Virus record (IMG/VR): IMGVR_UViG_3300033978_000477
Coordinates: 1 to 64,000 of that record
Length of the DNA: 64,000 nt
From: a virus
Reading direction: 5' to 3' (one strand)
Program-made: the position numbers and the translations under genes
Shown here: one piece after another, positions 56,137 through 64,000 of the stretch
Layout: the number at the start of each line of letters is the position of its first letter
Position numbering within the stretch: the stretch's first letter is position 1
Notes under the pieces: generated by a model
Databases searched by the model: none
What the model was told of the DNA's origin: nothing
The model's input: only the letters and a program-made list of their open reading frames with translations

Positions 56137-56239
56137 GGCAGACTCAACGGGCTCTCCGTCTGCCAGGGAATCAGTCAGGTGCGCTCGCATTGCGCAAGCG
56201 CCCATGTTCCTCGCGGTCTCACCCGCGCCCGTCGAAGTC

Positions 56240-56440
56240 CTACGCGACCTTGTCGCTCTTCCCGTCGCAGAGCCAGCACACCAGCCCGTCCGGCGTCTCG
56301 TACGTCGGCACCGGCTGCCCGCACTTGGCGCAACCCTTGTGCGCCGACGCGTACTGCCGCAGCGTCATCTCGCGCTGCGCCCTGTCGAGTCCCATGACAT
56401 CGCGAACGTTCTGCCCATTGCTCGCTGCCCAAATCATCAC
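56240..56440 (-). CDS. Small Zn-finger protein
   Basis: CAKCG...CWLC. Confidence 0.55.
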   Translation of the reverse strand: MMIWAASNGQNVRDVMGLDRAQREMTLRQYASAHKGCAKCGQPVPTYETPDGLVCWLCDGKSDKVA

Positions 56441-56790
56441 TTGCCTCCCAACCGCTCAACCCGAGCGGCAATTGATTCTTCGACGGCTGCCCGTCGCTTG
56501 CGGCCAAGCTGGTAGAGCCCGACCAAAACATCCCGCGCTTGTCGCGGAGTCACCCCGGCAACTTGCGCCAGCAACACCAAGTCCTCCGACGCCCGGAGTT
56601 CCGTCTCCAGTCGCACCTGGGCAGAAGACTTCTCCGCCGCTGCCAGCATCTCGTGAGCCTTGCGGTAGTCCTCAATCAGGGGCACCAGCGTTGCCGCCGA
56701 TGCCTCCCGATGCCTCTGCGCGTCCCGCATCGCCCGCTCATGTGCGAGCGAGATTACGGCGCACGTGTCGTCTGCCTTGGGCCGGCGCAT
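56437..56790 (-). CDS. Hypothetical helical protein
   Basis: Coupled ORF. Confidence 0.5.
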   Translation of the reverse strand: MRRPKADDTCAVISLAHERAMRDAQRHREASAATLVPLIEDYRKAHEMLAAAEKSSAQVRLETELRASEDLVLLAQVAGVTPRQARDVLVGLYQLGRKRRAAVEESIAARVERLGGK

Positions 56791-57269
56791 CAGGCCGCCC
56801 GACGACCGTCAATTCGCATGTGGCTCTCGCTCACCAGCCGCCAGGTCACCGTGTGACCGGTGCCGACGAACACCCGGCGGTAGTGCTCCGCTGCCTTGGC
56901 TTCCGCCTCCTCGACAGAGCGCGCAATGAACTCGTCGATGTTCCCATTCAGGTACTGCGCAGTCGTCCGGACCTCGAAAACGAAGGCCCGCGGGCGCATC
57001 ATGTCGCGCAGGAGGAACTTGCGCGTATCCGATACGGAGAGGGTTACCGAGCCGTCTTCGTGAATCTCAGCAAAGCCATGCTTGCCCTTGCCGTCAAAAT
57101 CGAATGGGCTCAGCAGAACGCACCCGTTGCTCGCGCGCTCATCGCCAGCGACGAACACCGGCACCCATTCACCGTAGACCGTCTGGCACTCCCACTGCCC
57201 CTCTCGGATGCACCGAGCAAGGTTCTCGCGTGGGAGTAGATTGCGCCGCGCCTTCTTGACCGTGTTCAT
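56790..57269 (-). CDS. Hypothetical protein (MNTVKKARRN...)
   Basis: GGAGG RBS, ATGA coupling. Confidence 0.5.
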   Translation of the reverse strand: MNTVKKARRNLLPRENLARCIREGQWECQTVYGEWVPVFVAGDERASNGCVLLSPFDFDGKGKHGFAEIHEDGSVTLSVSDTRKFLLRDMMRPRAFVFEVRTTAQYLNGNIDEFIARSVEEAEAKAAEHYRRVFVGTGHTVTWRLVSESHMRIDGRRAA

Positions 57270-57448
57270 GCTGCCTCCTTCGCCCGTTCCGCTGCCAGTT
57301 GCCGCATCTCCGCGGCCATCTCCGTCCGCCCTTCTGACTCGTAGACGCTGGCCAGTCGCAGGGTCGACTCGGCCAAGCTCGCAAAGAACCGCTTCCGAGC
57401 CGCAGCTTGCAGCGCCTCGCGGTGACGTCGTTTCGCGCCGCGCCCCAT
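57266..57448 (-). CDS. Hypothetical protein
   Basis: TGATG coupling; ends in KEAA, which carries the next gene's RBS. Confidence 0.45.
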   Translation of the reverse strand: MGRGAKRRHREALQAAARKRFFASLAESTLRLASVYESEGRTEMAAEMRQLAAERAKEAA

Positions 57449-57759
57449 CACGCCACCGCCTTCGGCGCCATGACGCCAACGCACTCGCTGACGCTGCTGG
57501 GCATCTCGTCCCAGTTGAAGGCGAGGATGCTGTAGTGCCGCGTCGCCGCCGGCTCATCGGGCTCTTCGCCGATCTCGGAGACCGAGTGACTGACGTTGAT
57601 GCCCGTGAGCGCCCGGCCGATGCTCTCGACAATGGCCATCACATCGGCCCTGCTGGCCGCGTAGATGACGAACCCGACGTTGCCGGCGTCGATGCTGCAC
57701 GGCAGGCCGGCGGCCTTGTAGAGCGCTTCCAACCGAGACTCAGCAGCGGACTTCTTCAT
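57448..57759 (-). CDS. Hypothetical protein, first long gene of the leftward operon
   Basis: GGGAG RBS. Confidence 0.55.
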   Translation of the reverse strand: MKKSAAESRLEALYKAAGLPCSIDAGNVGFVIYAASRADVMAIVESIGRALTGINVSHSVSEIGEEPDEPAATRHYSILAFNWDEMPSSVSECVGVMAPKAVA

Positions 57760-57812
57760 CGCAAACTCCCCAGCTTCTGCGGCCCGGCCCCATCGCCGCG
57801 CCCCATGAGTGT

Positions 57813-57842
57813 ATTCTTACGTCCGAATTCTGACGTGCGCAA
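57813..57842 (-). promoter_or_regulatory. pL-like promoter with operator ACGTCCGAATTCTGACGT
   Basis: TTGCGC-17/18 nt-TAAGAAT; near-palindrome at 57819-57836. Confidence 0.55.
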
Positions 57843-57954
57843 GGGGACGGAAGAAAAAAAGTAAGAAAAGTGACATTCGCCGCTTTTCGACGCGAAACCT
57901 TGGCTGGGGTTCGGTCGACAGGGGCATTGACCGGCCAGGCCGGGAAGGGGTCCA

Positions 57955-58566
57955 ATGCGGGGAATGAATGTGGAGGGGTTTGCGGCCTACTTGCGCCGCA
58001 AAGCGGGCATCAGGGCAACCGAACTGGTGATGGCGCCGACCATCGTGGCCCGGCTCATGGGCGATGGCGCGCTGGGTCTTGCCCCAGGTCTTGCGTCCGC
58101 CGCCTGCCTGACTGCCATGGGGGGCCGGCACGTCATCCTTTTGCGGGAGTTCTCACATGATTCGAACTTCGACATCATGCACGAGTGCGCCCATTGGGCG
58201 CTGCGCGTTGTATGGGGGCGACCATCTGACGACACTGAGCGGAACGCTAACGCGCTCGCCGCCGCTATCCTGGCTCCACCTCAGCTGCTGCTGTCAGCTC
58301 ATCGAAAGCATCGTTCGCTCCAAGCCATGTCCAACGAACTGATGTTGTCGCAGACGGCTACATTCCTTCGCCTTGGTGAGGTCCTGCGGGACGAGCGCGC
58401 GGTCGTCACCCGTTCCGGGAATGTGCTCGTCCGGACGCAGGGCGCCTTCCCATGGGCCTCGGTGCCCGTGGTTGATGTGGCCCGTGGCAGGCGCTGGCCG
58501 GGGCTTTCTAGAGCCCACCTGCGCGGCGGCATCGACGACGGGCGCGTTGCGCTGAGGGTTGGCTAG
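57955..58566 (+). CDS. ImmA/IrrE-family metallopeptidase
   Basis: FDIMHECAHW, E..AN.LAAAIL.P, HTH-like segment. Confidence 0.85.
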   Translation: MRGMNVEGFAAYLRRKAGIRATELVMAPTIVARLMGDGALGLAPGLASAACLTAMGGRHVILLREFSHDSNFDIMHECAHWALRVVWGRPSDDTERNANALAAAILAPPQLLLSAHRKHRSLQAMSNELMLSQTATFLRLGEVLRDERAVVTRSGNVLVRTQGAFPWASVPVVDVARGRRWPGLSRAHLRGGIDDGRVALRVG

Positions 58567-58567
58567 T

Positions 58568-59158
58568 TCACTCGTTTGCTGGACTCGCGGACACGAACGA
58601 GTCTACGGGCAGGATGGCCCCGATGCGCATGAACTCGAACGCGCCTCTGACGTTGGCGGTGATGGCGTTGCATCCGTTCGGGCGGCCGGCGTAGATGCCG
58701 TTGTCGAACCGCGGGCCAACCTCGTGCAGCGTCTTGCCGTCAAGGACGTACTTCGGCGCAGCGATGCCCTTGATTTGGTAGTACAGCGGCTCGCCGGTGC
58801 AGTCCGATTTTGCCCAGTAACTCTCGGTGAAAACCGCGAACTCTGGGACGCAATGGTAGTCCCCGAGGGCTTGCGTGAACACACACGCTTCGGTGCGCTG
58901 TAGGTCGACGAACCCAAGGAACTGACGCGACCCATCGGCACCGATGAGGTATCGAACTCTCAGTCGAGAACCGGACCTGTACCACTCGTCCGCCATCGCG
59001 TTGTTGACCACCGGCTTTCCAGCTTCAGCCGTTGCGTTCGGCGCTCCACCATCCTGCGAAGAACCCATGTCGCGGTCGGTTGCCGCTTCGCATGCGGCCA
59101 TGGCGTAGTAGACCGCAGCGCCCGCAACCAGCGTCTTGCCTGCGCGACCGAACGTCAT
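58568..59158 (-). CDS. Lipoprotein
   Basis: AMAAC lipobox; SGSRLR.RY..GADG....F.D....C.F.......CVP. Confidence 0.7.
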   Translation of the reverse strand: MTFGRAGKTLVAGAAVYYAMAACEAATDRDMGSSQDGGAPNATAEAGKPVVNNAMADEWYRSGSRLRVRYLIGADGSRQFLGFVDLQRTEACVFTQALGDYHCVPEFAVFTESYWAKSDCTGEPLYYQIKGIAAPKYVLDGKTLHEVGPRFDNGIYAGRPNGCNAITANVRGAFEFMRIGAILPVDSFVSASPANE

Positions 59159-59334
59159 CGGCCACCCGCATCAGCAACTGCCCGCTCAAGAGCTTCGCGG
59201 GCCTCCTTCGAATCACGGATCGCTTTCTCCGCTGAGGCGTGCGCCGCAGCCGACTTTGCCCGCTGTTCCTCCCTGTCGCAGCCGACGACGGCCACCAGAC
59301 AACAGACGGCAATGGTTGTCTTGAGCGCGTTCAT
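59155..59334 (-). CDS. Small lipoprotein
   Basis: MNALKTTIAVCCLVAVVGC lipobox; ATGA coupled to the repressor. Confidence 0.65.
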   Translation of the reverse strand: MNALKTTIAVCCLVAVVGCDREEQRAKSAAAHASAEKAIRDSKEAREALERAVADAGGR

Positions 59335-59945
59335 TTCTTCGACCCTTCCTGATCGTTCCTGGACTTCTTGATTCGTCTTTCCGCATTGTCTGGCTGGACA
59401 ATGGTCACCTTCAGCCGCTCGCCGATGTCGCCGCGCCGAAGTTGCTTGATGTGGTCGTAGACCTTTGCGGCGTTCGACTCTGCTTCCCTGGCCGGACTCG
59501 CGCGCAGACGAAGCATGTCTTGCACCGTGACGTCTCGATACGTTGCAGCCGCAGCCGAGATCGCCGGGTTGCCGTGGAACCATGCGAGGAATGACTGCAT
59601 CGGCACCGGCTCACTCCCCCCATCGACAGTGGGGCTTGGGCCAGACGTGAAATCGTCCAGCGTGATCTGCCCACGCAAGTAGGCGTTCGCCCGCTCCGCG
59701 GATGCCCCCACGGTCGCGCCGATGCCGAGCAGCCACTTCGACGTTTTGCATGCGTTATGGCCGTTGAGGGCGGTGTTCATCTCGGTCCGGCGCACGCCGA
59801 CCCGTTCCGCAAAGTCCTCCTGCCGCCCCCCAATGTGGTCGAGGAGTGCCCTAAGTCTCCCGCCAACCTCTGGAAACTTTGGGTCTGATGCCGTCTTCCG
59901 TGCAGCCATATCCGGATGGTCAACCATCAGCGAAGACAAGGGCAA
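59331..59945 (-). CDS. XRE/CI-like repressor
   Basis: VGGRLRAL....RQEDFAERVGV.RTEM...LNG HTH; divergent from a cro-like gene; start may be 59927 or 59909. Confidence 0.8.
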   Translation of the reverse strand: MPLSSLMVDHPDMAARKTASDPKFPEVGGRLRALLDHIGGRQEDFAERVGVRRTEMNTALNGHNACKTSKWLLGIGATVGASAERANAYLRGQITLDDFTSGPSPTVDGGSEPVPMQSFLAWFHGNPAISAAAATYRDVTVQDMLRLRASPAREAESNAAKVYDHIKQLRRGDIGERLKVTIVQPDNAERRIKKSRNDQEGSKK

Positions 59946-59968
59946 CCGACCTTTTTCTGACGCCAGAC

Positions 59969-59998
59969 TTGACGCGTACGGAATCTTACGTCAGTAAT
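59969..59998 (+). promoter_or_regulatory. pR-like promoter with operator GCGTACGGAATCTTACGT
   Basis: TTGACG-18 nt-AGTAAT; operator matches the pL operator at 13/18 positions. Confidence 0.55.
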
Positions 59999-60353
59999 GA
60001 GACCCATGCGCGGTGAGATTCGTCGGAAGGTTCGTGGTCCCAGGTCAGATGGCGCTCGTGAGACGGACCGATACCTGCGCGAGCGCGGGATTTCGGTGCC
60101 TGTTTTTTGCGCTGAGAACGCCATCAACTGGCCAACTCTTCGCGCATTGATGGCCGGTGAGTCCCATCGGGCCTCGGTGGACATCTGCCTTGCGGTGCAG
60201 GCCGCGACGGCTGGCCGTGTAACCGCCGAGATGTGGCGCGAGTCCACGGTGAGGGATGACATCCCTGGCGAGACAGATGTGGCGCCTGCGGCCGTTGCAA
60301 GCGGCACCAGCGTTGCTGCCGCCGTCTCTCTGCCGCCCACCGGCACCAAGTAA
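59997..60353 (+). CDS. Cro-like regulator
   Basis: YLRERGIS...FC....I...TL..LM.G......L.VQAAT.GRVT..W. Confidence 0.7.
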   Translation: MRPMRGEIRRKVRGPRSDGARETDRYLRERGISVPVFCAENAINWPTLRALMAGESHRASVDICLAVQAATAGRVTAEMWRESTVRDDIPGETDVAPAAVASGTSVAAAVSLPPTGTK

Positions 60354-60416
60354 CTCACCCGCCCGCATGCTCCGCGCTGCGGGCTTTTCTTTGATCGATC
60401 GCGGGAGAGGTTTGTC

Positions 60417-60668
60417 ATGTCGGTACCCAAGGACCGTGACTCGGAACGGGAGCGCGCGAAATCTGCACACCTGCCACGCCTCACGCGTGAACAGGTGCGC
60501 ACTCGTCTCCTTCTGGCTCGCTCTGCCCCCGACCTTTACGTCGGATTGGCGCGCACCAAGACGCGCGAAGTCCACCTTTCCTGCGGGCATTCGGTGCTTG
60601 TTTCCTCGCGCGAAACAGCTCACCCGACTTGCCCGATGTGCTCCGCGAAATCGTCAGAGGTCGGCTAA
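60417..60668 (+). CDS. Small Zn-binding protein
   Basis: LSCGH...CPMC; GAGG RBS. Confidence 0.5.
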   Translation: MSVPKDRDSERERAKSAHLPRLTREQVRTRLLLARSAPDLYVGLARTKTREVHLSCGHSVLVSSRETAHPTCPMCSAKSSEVG

Positions 60669-61177
60669 TGGACCTCTCCGTTTCGTCGCTTTTGTCCGCC
60701 CTTTGCTCACCTGCCAACAAGCGCAGCAGTTCGGGTGTCCATGTGACTCCACGCCCCATTGGCCATCAGAACGGCGGGGCATTCGACACCCCAGTCGGTT
60801 GCAAGTGCCATGTCTTTCGGCCTGCCGGTGAGGCGCTGAGTGGCGCTCGGCTCGTGTGCCCGATGCATGGGGGTGCGTCGTGAGCAAAGCCCTCGCTGCG
60901 CTTGATGGCGCATCCGACACATTCACCCTGGCCCTATGCGGCATTTTCATTCTGTTCCTGATCTCTCAGGAGATCGAAAGGCGGTTTCGTTCATGAACTC
61001 TTGGCTCGTGTATCTCTCTGATGCTTGGCTCGAAGCGCTCCGCGCTGCCGCCGCCTGGTGCCATCTTTGGTCGCTCGAACTGGCGTGCATCACGGAGCAG
61101 TGGCAGCGTCGCGAGCACTCGTTTGAGGACGACACCGACGTCCCTGGCTGGCCCGTTCCGCCGGTTGAAGGTGTCCA

Positions 61178-61360
61178 ATGAAGCCGGACCTGTCTGCCGC
61201 TCTGCGGAGAGAAGAGGGGTTTTGGCAGGCGTTCCGCATTGCCAGTGGATCGAAGTCGTTCGGGCCAGAAGAGACAGACGCTGTCTGTCGGGAATGGCTT
61301 GAGGCGCGTAGCGAGCGGATTGAGCTTGAGGCTCGGCTGAAGCGGATGGGGGCGTCATGA
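61178..61360 (+). CDS. Hypothetical protein
   Basis: Coupled to the helicase. Confidence 0.5.
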   Translation: MKPDLSAALRREEGFWQAFRIASGSKSFGPEETDAVCREWLEARSERIELEARLKRMGAS

Positions 61361-62784
61361 GCTACGAGGACTTCGTTGCTGGCAAGTTGACTCGCGCGTT
61401 GCCAACCGGACTCGGTGATATTCCTGAGCTTCACGATTCTCTGTTTGGGTTTCAGCGCGACATCGTTAGATGGGCTCTGAAGCGTGGCCGTGCCGCGGTC
61501 TTCGCGGACACTGGTCTTGGCAAGACCGCAATGCAGCTTGAGTGGGCTCGCCATATCCCGGGCGACGTACTCATCCTCACCCCGCTAGCGGTCGCCACGC
61601 AGACCGCGCGAGAGGGTCAACGCATCGGCGTAGACGTCACCGTGTGCAAGTCCGGAGACGATGTTCGTCCAGGCGTCAACGTCATCAACTACGAGCGCAT
61701 TCACCTCATCGACCCGTCTCGCTTCACCGGCGTTGTGCTGGACGAAAGCAGCATCATCAAACACTACGCGTCCAAAACGCTTGGGCAGTTGATGGCGGCG
61801 TTCTCGCAAACGCCATTCAAGCTATGCGCAACCGCGACCCCGAGCCCAAACGACTACACGGAGCTTGGTACACACGCTGAGTTCCTTGGCATCTGCACGC
61901 GTCAGGAGATGCTCGCAGAGTTCTTCTGTCATGACGGCGGGGAGACGCAGGGATGGCGACTGAAGGGGCACGCTAAGGCCACCTTCTGGCGTTGGGTTGC
62001 GTCGTGGGCTGCGCTGATTCGAAAGCCGAGCGACCTTGGCTACGACGACGGCGGCTACGCGCTTCCACCGCTCGTAGTGACCAATCACACGATCCCAGCA
62101 GACGCTGCGACTGTCGCCGCTTCCGGGCTTCTGTTTGCGGAAGAGGCGTCCACTCTGACGGAGCGCCGAGATGCCCGCCGCGGAAGTCTCAATGCTCGGG
62201 TTCTGGCCGCAGTGTCAGCGATGACGATGTGCACATGCGAGGAGAAGAGTGCGCCATGTACTTGCGACGCAAGTGAGAGGTGGATTGTTTGGTGCGACCT
62301 CAATGTCGAACAGGACATGCTTGAGTCTCTCCTCGGAGAGGAGTGCATATCGATCTACGGGTCGCTGGATTCCGATGAGAAGGAACGCAGGATGGAATCT
62401 TTCCTGGCCGGTGGAGCCAGGATTCTCATTGGGAAGCCATCAATATTTGGGTTCGGGCTGAACCTTCAGATGCTGGCCCGCATGGCCTTCGTAGGCGTCA
62501 CCGACTCTTGGGAAGCCTACTACCAGGCCGTGCGCAGGGAGTGGCGGTTCGGCCAACTGCGGGACGTTCACGTCCACATCTTCTCCTCCGAGCTTGAAGG
62601 GGCGGTCATCGCAAACCTTCGAAGGAAAGAGGCCGATGCATTGAGCATGGCCGAGGAGTTGTCGGCAGAGACGAGGGATGCGGTGCGCGCCGAGGTTGGC
62701 GGGCAGACGCGAACAACGAACACGTACGACCCGCAGCTTCGCATGGTCGTGCCTGCATGGATTTGTCAGGAGGTTACGTCGTGA
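61357..62784 (+). CDS. SNF2-like superfamily 2 helicase
   Basis: FQ, DTGLGKT, LDESS, TATPSPND, FGLNLQ, QA.RR.WRFGQ. Confidence 0.9.
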   Translation: MSYEDFVAGKLTRALPTGLGDIPELHDSLFGFQRDIVRWALKRGRAAVFADTGLGKTAMQLEWARHIPGDVLILTPLAVATQTAREGQRIGVDVTVCKSGDDVRPGVNVINYERIHLIDPSRFTGVVLDESSIIKHYASKTLGQLMAAFSQTPFKLCATATPSPNDYTELGTHAEFLGICTRQEMLAEFFCHDGGETQGWRLKGHAKATFWRWVASWAALIRKPSDLGYDDGGYALPPLVVTNHTIPADAATVAASGLLFAEEASTLTERRDARRGSLNARVLAAVSAMTMCTCEEKSAPCTCDASERWIVWCDLNVEQDMLESLLGEECISIYGSLDSDEKERRMESFLAGGARILIGKPSIFGFGLNLQMLARMAFVGVTDSWEAYYQAVRREWRFGQLRDVHVHIFSSELEGAVIANLRRKEADALSMAEELSAETRDAVRAEVGGQTRTTNTYDPQLRMVVPAWICQEVTS

Positions 62785-63686
62785 ACGAACAGGTAAAGGT
62801 TTTGTCGCAGTCGGTTTCGGAGCGCTTTGCGCTGTACCACGCGGACTGCGTTGATGTGCTTCGTGGGCTGCCGAGCGATTCTGTCCACTACTCGATCTTC
62901 TCCCCGCCGTTCGCGTCGCTCTACACGTACTCGAACTCCCCTCGCGACATGGGGAACGTCAAAGGTGATGGCGAGTTCTTCGCTCACTTCGCATTCGCCA
63001 TCGATGAGCTGTTCAGGGTCATCAAGCCCGGTCGGTTGCTGTCGATGCACTGCATGCTCATTCCGTCCATCAAGGAGCGCGACGGCTACATCGGTCTGCG
63101 CGACTTCCGTGGCGATCTGATTCGAGCCTTCCAGAAGGCTGGATTCATTTTTCACTCGGAGGTCGTGATCTGGAAGGACCCCGTCACTGCCATGCAGCGG
63201 ACGAAGGCGCTTGGATTGCTGCACAAGACCATCCGCAAGGACTCTTCGATGTCTCGCCAGGGCATCCCCGACTACCTCGTGACGATGCGTAAGCCCGGCG
63301 TCAACGATGAGCCCATCGCACACACCCACGAAGACTTCCCCGTGAGCCTTTGGCAGCGGTACGCGTCTCCGGTGTGGATGGACATCAACCCGTCCGACAC
63401 GTTGCAGTATCGCAGTGCTCGCGAGAACGATGACGAGCGGCACATCTGCCCGCTGCAACTCGAAGTCATCCGCCGCGCGATGAAGCTCTGGACCAACCCC
63501 GGCGACCTGGTTCTGTCCCCGTTCGCCGGCATCGGGTCCGAGGGCTACGTGGCCCTTGAGGAAGGCCGCCGCTTCGTCGGCGCAGAACTCAAGACATCTT
63601 ACTACGAGCAGGCTGCGCGCAACCTTGCGTCCGTAGCCAACGGGCGTCCTCAAACGTCAATGTTTGCTGAGGTGGTGAGCCAGTGA
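62781..63686 (+). CDS. N4-C/N6-A DNA methyltransferase (beta class)
   Basis: SPPF motif IV before VLSPFAGIGS motif I; HICPLQ. Confidence 0.9.
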   Translation: MNEQVKVLSQSVSERFALYHADCVDVLRGLPSDSVHYSIFSPPFASLYTYSNSPRDMGNVKGDGEFFAHFAFAIDELFRVIKPGRLLSMHCMLIPSIKERDGYIGLRDFRGDLIRAFQKAGFIFHSEVVIWKDPVTAMQRTKALGLLHKTIRKDSSMSRQGIPDYLVTMRKPGVNDEPIAHTHEDFPVSLWQRYASPVWMDINPSDTLQYRSARENDDERHICPLQLEVIRRAMKLWTNPGDLVLSPFAGIGSEGYVALEEGRRFVGAELKTSYYEQAARNLASVANGRPQTSMFAEVVSQ

Positions 63687-64000
63687 AGCACATCCCCCTA
63701 ATCCTCCTCTCCCTTCGCCTTCTTGGCGCGAAGACCGATGACGCACTGGCGTTCCGCATCGAGCTGGCCCAGGCCATCGTAGACGCCGACACCACCGCTC
63801 ACGAGGCTCGCATCCTGATGAGCATTGCCCGCTGGGAGAGTGGGTATCGGCGCGACGTTGCCAACTGCACGGTCAACGGGGACGCCAACAAGGCCTATGG
63901 CCCCTTCCAGGTTCAAACCCGCTCCGCCAAGGAACGCGAGTGCATCTGCGGCTCCCTCGTTTGCGCCGCCCAGGTGGCCGTCAAACGCATCCGTGAGTCG
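63683..64000 (+). CDS. Lytic transglycosylase/lysozyme-like protein, truncated by window end
   Basis: IARWESG...GD..AYGPFQV; GTGA coupling. Confidence 0.6.
   Translation, partial: MKHIPLILLSLRLLGAKTDDALAFRIELAQAIVDADTTAHEARILMSIARWESGYRRDVANCTVNGDANKAYGPFQVQTRSAKERECICGSLVCAAQVAVKRIRES

Overview
The window is a continuous stretch of a GC-rich temperate myophage genome. The host is probably in Myxococcota; this is an inference from an Mx8-style attP inside int, Cys-rich lipoproteins and a Lys/Ala-rich wHTH protein. The + strand from 1 to 35.7 kb is the late region: Mu-like portal end, HK97-type protease, capsid, neck, contractile tail and baseplate, several fibre/adhesin genes, lysis genes, a papain-like peptidase and a metallophosphoesterase. 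From 35.9 to 57.8 kb is a mostly minus-strand early/accessory region with RecT-like, PD-(D/E)XK, SSB-like, DEDDh and SMC-like ATPase genes, a tyrosine integrase and a beta clamp. A lambda-like immunity region (57.8-60.4 kb) is followed by a helicase and a DNA methyltransferase. The main highlight is a complete, translationally coupled type IV-B-like CRISPR effector operon (csf1, cas11, csf2, csf3, cysH-like). It carries an unusual zinc-finger-Cas6 gene and a SLOG gene, and no CRISPR array is visible in the window. It lies downstream of an attP (3' half of tRNA-Cys) inside the integrase gene, so integration should cut it off from its upstream promoter. The same early transcript contains two ~54-nt tRNA-like mini-RNAs and a pair of covarying hairpin repeats, and a structured RNA/tRNA cluster follows the capsid gene. 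All calls come from visual motif recognition; no database searches were run.
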